64,000 bases of DNA from a virus (lineage: Duplodnaviria > Caudoviricetes): IMG/VR virus record IMGVR_UViG_3300029305_002795, positions 460-64,459 of that record; one strand, given 5' to 3'. Numbering within the stretch: position 1 is the stretch's first letter; every line of letters begins with the position of its first letter. The notes beneath the pieces were generated by a model. That model was not told the DNA's origin and did not search any database. It saw only the letters and a program-made list of their open reading frames with translations. This document shows positions 57,299 through 64,000 of this stretch, piece after piece. The position numbers and the translations under genes were made by a program.

Positions 57299-57771
57299 TG
57301 AAACATTTAATTGATATAGTTTGTGGTGATTTAAAATATTTACCAGTTTATGCAAACGACACAGATTTCTGTATGGATGTAAAAGTAATAGCACCAAGAA
57401 ACGGTTTCACACTAACTCCAGGTTCATGCAATATGTTTAGAACTGGAATTAAAGTAAAAGTTCCTTATGGTTACGGATTAAAAATACACCCACGTTCTTC
57501 AACTGGTTGTAAATTGCATTGTAGACTTGCAAATGGAACTGCAATTATTGATGCTGGGTACAGGGACGAAATAAAACTTGTATTGCACAACTTTGGAAAC
57601 CAAACACAAATAATAGAAGACGGACAACGTGTGGCTCAATTAGAATTAGTTAAAAAAGAAGACATTGAGTGGAATATCGTGCCGGACGATGAAAATTTTA
57701 GAAAAGGTGATAGGGGCGGTGGTATCGGCTCTACTGGTTTTGGTAACGGAATAAAATGGGAAAAAGTATAA
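57298..57771 (+). CDS. dut: Trimeric dUTPase
   Basis: PRSS, IIDAGYR, GQRVAQL, RGGGIGSTG; divergent motif 1. Confidence 0.92.
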   Translation: MKHLIDIVCGDLKYLPVYANDTDFCMDVKVIAPRNGFTLTPGSCNMFRTGIKVKVPYGYGLKIHPRSSTGCKLHCRLANGTAIIDAGYRDEIKLVLHNFGNQTQIIEDGQRVAQLELVKKEDIEWNIVPDDENFRKGDRGGGIGSTGFGNGIKWEKV

Positions 57772-57977
57772 TGACAGAACCAGTTATAGAAATACGTAAG
57801 TTAAAGGCTTTTGCTGAAATACAAAAAGCAGGAATTGACGTTTCTGTTGAATACGGTACGTTTACAAAAGACCAGGCGTTTCAACATAAACGTACTATTG
57901 ATTTTTTAGTTAAAACCGTATCGGATTATGCAACTTTTTGTAACGATTTAGACCAAGACAAGGAAAATAAACAATGA
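57771..57977 (+). CDS. Hypothetical protein
   Basis: TAATG coupling. Confidence 0.6.
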   Translation: MTEPVIEIRKLKAFAEIQKAGIDVSVEYGTFTKDQAFQHKRTIDFLVKTVSDYATFCNDLDQDKENKQ

Positions 57978-58198
57978 CAGGATTCCTAATTTATTTTTGT
58001 ATAACTGGATTAATATGTTTTACTAGATGCTATTATTGTTTAGAAATAGTAAAGGACGAGGACGTAATAGCTGCATTTGGACCTCTTGTTCATAAACCAT
58101 ATATTATATATTTAGTTCTATTATTACTTGGATTTGTTTTATTGCCAATAGAAATAATTTGGGGAGTATACGAGTTATTAACCGGAAAAAATGGCTAA
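57974..58198 (+). CDS. Two-TM membrane protein
   Basis: Two hydrophobic segments; AAGGA RBS. Confidence 0.65.
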   Translation: MTGFLIYFCITGLICFTRCYYCLEIVKDEDVIAAFGPLVHKPYIIYLVLLLLGFVLLPIEIIWGVYELLTGKNG

Positions 58199-58391
58199 AG
58201 AACGTAAACGTAAGCAACATATACTTTGCGCAGATTGCAAATACCACCATTGCAAAAACACTTGTATTCATGGAGAGGGACTTTGTGACGGAAGGTGTAC
58301 CAAGACCAACAACCATAGAAATTGTAGCAAGTCCGGTTGCATACATTACGAGGTAGACCCATTTTTCATAGAGGGGGCAGATATATGGTAG
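58191..58391 (+). CDS. Cys-rich small protein
   Basis: CADCKYHHC...C...C...C...C...C. Confidence 0.6.
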   Translation: MAKERKRKQHILCADCKYHHCKNTCIHGEGLCDGRCTKTNNHRNCSKSGCIHYEVDPFFIEGADIW

Positions 58392-58573
58392 AAAACCTGA
58401 AGAAAAACGACGATAAAAAAAGAGTCCATAAGGGTTTATGGACAAAAGAAGAATTAGAGGTTGTTTATCGTAATTATAGGAAGCTTACAATTAAAGAAAT
58501 TAATGCTTTGTTACCTAACAGAAGTTTCTGTGCAGTTAAAAATAAAATAAAGAAAATAAAATTTAGCTCTTAA
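58385..58573 (+). CDS. Myb/SANT-like HTH protein
   Basis: WTKEELEVV...Y...TIKEI...LPNRS..AVKNK. Confidence 0.65.
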   Translation: MVENLKKNDDKKRVHKGLWTKEELEVVYRNYRKLTIKEINALLPNRSFCAVKNKIKKIKFSS

Positions 58574-58606
58574 TTTCATAACCATTCCTTTCTTTATAAA
58601 CAAACT

Positions 58607-58641
58607 AAAACCGACCGTATTTCTACAGTCGGTTTTCTTTT
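58607..58641. terminator. Probable bidirectional terminator
   Basis: AAAACCGAC...GTCGGTTTTCTTTT between convergent genes. Confidence 0.75.
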
Positions 58642-58756
58642 GCAATTTGCAATTTTAGTTGCTTTGCAATTTGGGAAATGGAGGTCTTGGGGTTGGTTTG
58701 CAATTCTCTATACAGCTATTTGCAATTCTGTCGCTTGCAATTTGCAATTTGCAATT
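58640..58756. repeat. TTGCAAT array 1 (8 copies)
   Basis: Counted by eye; the TTGCAA core is palindromic. Confidence 0.9.
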
Positions 58757-59002
58757 TTAGCGATACGTTCCAAGCACCCTGCCGTACTTGTCGTATTGCG
58801 TAACAGTTCCGTTTGAGTTTTTCTTGTATTTGTATTGAACGCTGCCATATTTGTCATATTGCACAGTTCTACCGTTAGAATAACTTCTTGTATGACCTGT
58901 TACATAACCGGAGTTATTCCTAATAGTTTTTTTAGTAGAACTCGCAAAAACAACAGAACATAGCATTGTACATACAAGTACAATTGAAATAATGTTCTTC
59001 AT
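58757..59002 (-). CDS. Small secreted protein with signal peptide and QYDKYG repeats
   Basis: MKNIISIVLVCTMLCSVVFA signal; AAAGGT RBS; own promoter. Confidence 0.8.
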   Translation of the reverse strand: MKNIISIVLVCTMLCSVVFASSTKKTIRNNSGYVTGHTRSYSNGRTVQYDKYGSVQYKYKKNSNGTVTQYDKYGRVLGTYR

Positions 59003-59043
59003 TTTTGAACCTTTCTATTTAGTTTGGTTTTTACCATAATATT

Positions 59044-59071
59044 ATTATAATATATTTTAAATATTTTACAA
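59044..59071 (-). promoter_or_regulatory. Host-type promoter TTGTAA-N16-TATAAT for minus-strand gene
   Basis: Reverse complement of 59044-59071. Confidence 0.65.
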
Positions 59072-59184
59072 GTGTTTTTTTAATAAAACTTAATAATATT
59101 AAAATATATATAATATAAGGGTTACAAGGGATTTTTCATGGCATACATATATATTAATTTTTGTAAATAAAAAATATAAAACTA

Positions 59185-59212
59185 TTGTAAAATATTTTAT
59201 ATATGGTATTAT
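59185..59212 (+). promoter_or_regulatory. Early host-type promoter TTGTAA-N16-TATTAT with TG extension
   Basis: Same layout at 60691-60718 and 63262-63289. Confidence 0.65.
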
Positions 59213-59252
59213 TAAAATATAAAGTTAATAGTTAAATGTGAAAGGGTACATT

Positions 59253-59564
59253 ATGAACCTAATTAAAGTAAACAAAAGGAAAAAATACTTAAATGTATTT
59301 GATTTGTGGAGTTGTATTGACACAAGAGACCACGTTGATTTTGTTATCGACCGTTATATCACAAATAAAACAAAAAAGTGCAATATGATGGTTTTAACAT
59401 TTACCCATAATGGACTAATTATTAAAGACAGGGCGTTTTTAAGTAGGATACACGACCATATTCAAAACAGTTATCCAAAAGCGTTAGTGCAAGACATTAC
59501 AATACAATGCCAATACGCCCCTGAAATTGTTAAAAGTTATATCGCAGTGAGCAGTGCATTTTAG
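59253..59564 (+). CDS. Early hypothetical protein
   Basis: GAAAGGG RBS. Confidence 0.7.
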   Translation: MNLIKVNKRKKYLNVFDLWSCIDTRDHVDFVIDRYITNKTKKCNMMVLTFTHNGLIIKDRAFLSRIHDHIQNSYPKALVQDITIQCQYAPEIVKSYIAVSSAF

Positions 59565-59576
59565 AAAGGGTTTAAC

Positions 59577-59762
59577 ATGACTAAAAAAGTAATAGCGACA
59601 AACGGATTTCTAAATATAGTCGATATAATTCACGAGTTTGATGATTTTGTGGTGCTAGACGACGGTTCACAACACGTTGTTATTTATGAAAAAGAAGTAC
59701 CGTTCTTTATCTACAACGATGAAGAATACTGCTTAAACGATTTTATTAGAACTAACATATAG
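59577..59762 (+). CDS. Early hypothetical protein
   Basis: GAAAGGG RBS. Confidence 0.7.
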   Translation: MTKKVIATNGFLNIVDIIHEFDDFVVLDDGSQHVVIYEKEVPFFIYNDEEYCLNDFIRTNI

Positions 59763-59773
59763 GAGACTTAACA

Positions 59774-60001
59774 ATGGCTAAAGATGAATCACAATTAATA
59801 TATGAATTCCTTTTACAGAACGAACTGTACACACAAAGAGAACTTGATATAGCTTGTAGTGTGGGCGGTTTTAATATTGAAACCCTCAACTATTTAGTTT
59901 ATCGAGAAACTTCATACCACGATATTGAACAGTTATGGCAATGCGAAAGAAAAACTTATTTCTTTAATAACGAAATCATTAAAAAACTTGGTTTAGAATA
60001 A
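59774..60001 (+). CDS. Early hypothetical protein
   Basis: AGGAG RBS. Confidence 0.7.
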   Translation: MAKDESQLIYEFLLQNELYTQRELDIACSVGGFNIETLNYLVYRETSYHDIEQLWQCERKTYFFNNEIIKKLGLE

Positions 60002-60018
60002 AATAGGAGAAAATAAAA

Positions 60019-60189
60019 ATGAGAGAAAATATTTGTCCAGTATGTAATAGTAATGATTTGAATTTCGACGGTTTTGAACTTGTAGAGGAATCTAAAGGTT
60101 ACTTTAACTGTGAATGTTTAGAATGTGGAACCACTTTTAAACAATGGTACAGACTAAAATTTGTTGAAATAACAAACGTTGAACCATAA
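60019..60189 (+). CDS. 56-aa zinc-ribbon protein
   Basis: CPVC...C.EC; AGGAG RBS; translated by hand. Confidence 0.7.
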   Translation: MRENICPVCNSNDLNFDGFELVEESKGYFNCECLECGTTFKQWYRLKFVEITNVEP

Positions 60190-60205
60190 ATAGGAGAAAA
60201 TAAAA

Positions 60206-60655
60206 ATGAATAAAGAAACATATATCGAAATGAAGCACAGACATGAACAAGAATACAACGATTTTACAAAAGACGCAATTTACTGGGCTTTTGGTCAAAA
60301 GCAATTCGATGAACTGCTAGAAAAATTAAATATGAGCCTAGACAAGTTTAAAAAAGAATTTGCTAGTTATTACGGCGGTGGCTTTATTAGAAAAAGTAAA
60401 ATAAAAGAAGCTGAACAACTGTCCGAAAGACATTGGCACGAAATGCAAGCACGACTAAAAAGTGATTTTGACTTTGCAAAAAGTGCATTTCGTTACGAGT
60501 TAGGCAATTATGAATACATTTATAGTTATAGGTTGACCGAAGTGTTTGCAGCCCTAGGCGTAACTACTAAACAAGTAAATGAAAATGAATTACTAAATAA
60601 AGCCTTTAACGAAGCCAAAAAAGAATATATGGACTGGGCTTGTGAGAACTGTTGA
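60206..60655 (+). CDS. Conserved-looking phage early protein
   Basis: WAFGQKQF, GGGF, AFRYELGNYEY motifs. Confidence 0.75.
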   Translation: MNKETYIEMKHRHEQEYNDFTKDAIYWAFGQKQFDELLEKLNMSLDKFKKEFASYYGGGFIRKSKIKEAEQLSERHWHEMQARLKSDFDFAKSAFRYELGNYEYIYSYRLTEVFAALGVTTKQVNENELLNKAFNEAKKEYMDWACENC

Positions 60656-60760
60656 TTGTAACAAATTGTTAAAATACACCATATAAACTATTTAAAATAT
60701 AAAAAATTATGTTAAAATAATAATATAAAGTTAATAGTTAATTAATGAAAGGAACAAACT

Positions 60761-61054
60761 ATGGGCGCATGTGACAAATTTATGACATTAAAAGGCGATA
60801 TGACTAAAGAACAAGTAAAGGAAGTCTTTTACAAAAGACAAGAAGAAGACCGTTGGGAATACGGAAACGACCCTTACAATGGCTCATTCACTACATTTAG
60901 TGGTATCGAGTTCAAATGGCAAAAATACGATAATGAAGATGATGCTGGAAGTTTTGTTTTAGATAAACAGGAAAAATGGGGTCCAGCCTTTGCAGTCAAG
61001 GTTGAGAACGATACTCAAAATATTTGGGTTGTTGGTGGCTGGGCAGCAGAATAA
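60761..61054 (+). CDS. Early hypothetical protein
   Basis: MGAC N-terminus, EKWGPA...W.VGGWAAE. Confidence 0.75.
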   Translation: MGACDKFMTLKGDMTKEQVKEVFYKRQEEDRWEYGNDPYNGSFTTFSGIEFKWQKYDNEDDAGSFVLDKQEKWGPAFAVKVENDTQNIWVVGGWAAE

Positions 61055-61129
61055 ATGGAAAATTTACTTACGTTGATAGTTAAAATAGTTACATTGGTCA
61101 TTGTAAATGCAATGGCAGGTGTATTTTAG
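61055..61129 (+). CDS. 24-aa hydrophobic peptide
   Basis: MENLLTLIVKIVTLVIVNAMAGVF; starts right after upstream stop. Confidence 0.4.
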   Translation: MENLLTLIVKIVTLVIVNAMAGVF

Positions 61130-61145
61130 AAAGGATTAAATTATT

Positions 61146-61316
61146 ATGAGTAAAAGATGTTATGTAAGTCCAAGTTTCAAAAACTATAAATGTACATATA
61201 GTTCATCAAATCAATGTACATATAGTTACCAATCATATTGCAACGAGACTACAAAACAAGAACGTGAGGCTTATGAATACCAAGTAAGAAAACACGGCGA
61301 ACAAGAACAGGAGTAG
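61146..61316 (+). CDS. 56-aa Cys/Tyr/Ser-rich hypothetical protein
   Basis: GAAAGGA RBS; internal 15-bp repeat AATGTACATATAGTT x2. Confidence 0.55.
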   Translation: MSKRCYVSPSFKNYKCTYSSSNQCTYSYQSYCNETTKQEREAYEYQVRKHGEQEQE

Positions 61317-61320
61317 TACA

Positions 61321-61614
61321 ATGGCTAAACGAGTTGCAATGAAAGAATTCCGAAAAGAACTAAAATCTAAAGGCAAACGTGATTTAAAACGTTATAACCT
61401 AGTATATGAATTTCAATATACTACCAAAATGGGAACTGCTGTATATAGAGTAATTCTATTTTATATGGACAGGGACTATCGTTTATTAGATTACACTTGG
61501 AAAATGAGGGATGTAATCGGCGTAAAATACAAAGACGGTTATGCAAAAGTGTATGACGAGTTTGTACCTAGATTACAATACAATTTTCCAGAGTTAAAGG
61601 TTACAAGGTTATAG
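61321..61614 (+). CDS. Early hypothetical protein
   Basis: AGGAG RBS. Confidence 0.7.
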   Translation: MAKRVAMKEFRKELKSKGKRDLKRYNLVYEFQYTTKMGTAVYRVILFYMDRDYRLLDYTWKMRDVIGVKYKDGYAKVYDEFVPRLQYNFPELKVTRL

Positions 61615-61625
61615 GAGTAGGAATA

Positions 61626-61907
61626 ATGGAACACGAATTTTTATTAACAGAACCTCAATGGGGTCCAAGTGCATACTTATTAATGACACACAATCTTTAT
61701 TTCTATGTTTCCGTTGATGGTGAACCAATGACTAACTTATTTAGAAATGCGAGACTTGCAATAGAACAATATTGTTACAGTGATATAGAATTCGTAACTG
61801 AATTTTTACACGGAGTACACTTTGGTGATTGCAGTTTTGGTGATAACTATTACGGTCAATTAACTAAACAAATGTTTGAACGAATTAACAAAGAGAGAAG
61901 GTACTAA
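61626..61907 (+). CDS. Early hypothetical protein
   Basis: AGGAG RBS. Confidence 0.7.
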   Translation: MEHEFLLTEPQWGPSAYLLMTHNLYFYVSVDGEPMTNLFRNARLAIEQYCYSDIEFVTEFLHGVHFGDCSFGDNYYGQLTKQMFERINKERRY

Positions 61908-62266
61908 TGCCAAACGTAGACCAAGTAATACAAAAACATTTCAATAAACCACACCACGAAGTTCCACATGAAGAAAAATATGGATACTTAATAGGACTAA
62001 TAGGTTTAGAAAATGCGATACCATATATTCCATATAGTAAAATTGTATTGTTAAATGCGTATGAAGCGGGCAATGTAAATTTTAATAGTAATCATTATGG
62101 GAGAACTGGGTTTAATCTAATAGCTTGGGAACAGGCTGGTTGCAGGTTATTTAGAGCCTACCAACATAAAACAGGAATAACAAGTTGGTCACTTTCACAA
62201 GGTGTTTGTATAATGAAAGAAGTCGCTAGATTAAGTATAAAGGACGAAGTAAGATGCGTACAGTAA
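61907..62266 (+). CDS. Early hypothetical protein
   Basis: TAATG coupling; WSLSQGVCIMKE. Confidence 0.7.
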   Translation: MPNVDQVIQKHFNKPHHEVPHEEKYGYLIGLIGLENAIPYIPYSKIVLLNAYEAGNVNFNSNHYGRTGFNLIAWEQAGCRLFRAYQHKTGITSWSLSQGVCIMKEVARLSIKDEVRCVQ

Positions 62267-62607
62267 ATACAATAGACTATAAAAAACTATCCAGTTCTCA
62301 AAAGGAGAGGTTGCTTAAAAATTTATATGAGAAATACCAGTTGGAAATAACATTAGAGAGGGAGGCTGTAAAAAGTAACCCTGATATTCAATTAACAGAT
62401 TTCGCTGGTGTTCCTGATTGTTGTATTAGCAATTTTCACCATAACTATTATTTTAGAACTAAAAAAGGTATGAAAGCTGAAAAATATTCCACACTTGGCG
62501 GGCTAATAAGAGAAATAAAAAAATTAATAAAAACTTTCAATTATAATATATGTTCTAATATAAGAATATATTATCATAAACAACATATATTTAGCCTTGA
62601 AATATGA
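62254..62607 (+). CDS. Early hypothetical protein
   Basis: AAGGA RBS. Confidence 0.65.
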   Translation: MRTVNTIDYKKLSSSQKERLLKNLYEKYQLEITLEREAVKSNPDIQLTDFAGVPDCCISNFHHNYYFRTKKGMKAEKYSTLGGLIREIKKLIKTFNYNICSNIRIYYHKQHIFSLEI

Positions 62608-62634
62608 TTTTTATTTTAACTATTAACTTAAAAA

Positions 62635-62661
62635 CCTCCTAGAAATAGGAGGCTTTCTTTT
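62635..62661 (+). terminator. Intrinsic terminator
   Basis: CCTCCTA-GAAA-TAGGAGG-CTTTCTTTT. Confidence 0.8.
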
Positions 62662-62663
62662 GT

Positions 62664-62745
62664 TTGCAATTTGCAATTTTGTGTTTGCAATTTTACCGCT
62701 TGCAATTTGCAATTTTCTCGTTTGCAATTTGCAATTTGCAATTTT
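62664..62745. repeat. TTGCAAT array 2 (8 copies)
   Basis: Copies near 62664, 62671, 62685, 62700, 62707, 62722, 62729, 62736. Confidence 0.9.
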
Positions 62746-63416
62746 CTGTTTTTATACAGGATTTTTGTCCACTTTTTAATTGTCCGATTGACACTTTTAA
62801 AAATCCTTTGGAACCGTTGCGACAGTAGGACATGCGCTGTAACCCTTGTAACACTAGGATTTTCGCTTGGTATGTAAATCTATATACTATACAATTCACA
62901 ATAGTATTCAGATTTGTATAGTATCGGCTAAAACTCAATAATAATAGGCTTTTTGACTTTCGCATTAGGTTCAAATGCCTGTCGTTATTAGGTTTTACGG
63001 TTTTATATTTTAGTTACCATAAAATTATAAAAAATAACATAGTACAAAAAAAGTATTTTACATTTTTTAATATTTTAGAAAATTGCTTAATAGTTTTAAA
63101 AAATCGCTACACTAAAAAAACTCCTACATATATACTAAAATATTAATAAAACTTAATCTAACTTAATATAACTTTACAATTTTAAAAAATAAAAAATGCC
63201 GGTTTTACAAGGGTTTGAGACATATATTATTAAGTTTTATTAAAATAATACGTTTAAACTATTTAAAATATTTAAACAGATGGTATTATACAAGTATAAG
63301 GGACAGCGACAAAGACCGCTTAACACTAAAGTAAATAATATATATAGTTAGTTTAATTAATCGGTACACGTTAAAACCTTATAAGCGTTTAATAGTTAAA
63401 ATAAAGGAAAAACATT

Positions 63417-63953
63417 ATGGCACAAGTTAAAACTAACAAAAAAGCACAAGCAAGCGAAGTTAAAAAAAGCGAAGTTAAAACAGAAAATGCACAAGTTATC
63501 GAAACATTAGAAGCACAAGTTAAAGCCTTAGAAGCTAAAAAAGCGCAAAAAATCGAGAATTTAGAAAAACGTGTTAGCGCTAATGCTAGTTTACAAGTTA
63601 TTAAAAAATATATCGAAGAAAACAAAGATTTTAGCTTAAAGCCTTGTAATAATGAATTCCATAAAATCTTTGTAAAATACAAGGAAAAAAATTGTATGTT
63701 TTTATTAATAAAATCTAATAATATGGTTACACTTTACACTAAAAGCAGAATCGATGAGCTACAAGGTATAGAAAATAACACTTATCCGAAACAGTATCCG
63801 CACCGCACTACATACAAGGCGGAAGAACTAACAAGCGATTTTTTAAACTATGTTTTTAATAAAGCGGTGCAGGATATTCCTGTTAAAGCGGAAAAAGCTA
63901 CAATTGCGGAACTAAAAGCTAAAATTGCGGAATTACAAGCACAAAAAAATTAA
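63417..63953 (+). CDS. Hypothetical protein: coiled-coil ends around a domain paralogous to 35786-36496
   Basis: AAAAGGA RBS; NN...IDE...TYPKQYPHR. Confidence 0.8.
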   Translation: MAQVKTNKKAQASEVKKSEVKTENAQVIETLEAQVKALEAKKAQKIENLEKRVSANASLQVIKKYIEENKDFSLKPCNNEFHKIFVKYKEKNCMFLLIKSNNMVTLYTKSRIDELQGIENNTYPKQYPHRTTYKAEELTSDFLNYVFNKAVQDIPVKAEKATIAELKAKIAELQAQKN

Positions 63954-64000
63954 TTAAGTTAAAAAAACAGTTACCAAGGCGCTAACCTAAAAAATTAGCG

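Noticed and set aside
62693-62974. Minus-strand 93-aa ORF and plus-strand 62671-62877 ORF
   Set aside because: Derived from the TTGCAAT array (repetitive CN/QIAN translations)
1-64000. Alternative genetic code or prophage/host boundary
   Set aside because: Core genes are intact in code 11; no host housekeeping genes, integrase or repressor recognised

Overview
The window is most consistent with a near-complete, AT-rich tailed phage genome of myovirus type, read almost entirely on the + strand. No integrase or repressor was recognised. Layout: (1) 1-990, non-coding repeat-rich region upstream of terS; (2) 992-21032, terminase, SPP1-like head and PBSX/Xkd-like contractile tail, with a structured ~250-nt candidate ncRNA and small ORFs inserted between terL and portal; (3) 21077-28027, main tail fibre plus spare paralogous fibre-tip cassettes; (4) 28099-29739, DUF1353, HNH protein and endolysin; (5) 29899-52540, replication/recombination block (initiator, DnaC, DnaB, primase, sigma-like factor, SSB, PolA, beta clamp, gamma/delta/delta-prime clamp loader, RecA, resolvases); (6) 52827-63953, small accessory and early genes. 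The most striking system sits in block 5: a 7-deazaguanine DNA-modification cluster (dpdA-like transglycosylase, small-molecule-type SAM methyltransferase, queD, queE, folE) with no recognisable queC/queF. The two probable DNA-acting enzymes end in basic-x-x-LF tails also seen on SSB and (as VF) on the helicase. This suggests a clamp-tethered, possibly undescribed methylated carboxy-deazaguanine base (inference). Also notable: an eight-copy TTTAYA-N18-TAKGTT promoter regulon, apparent absence of GATC, and several unexplained repeat arrays. All protein calls are by manual motif recognition; no database searches were run.
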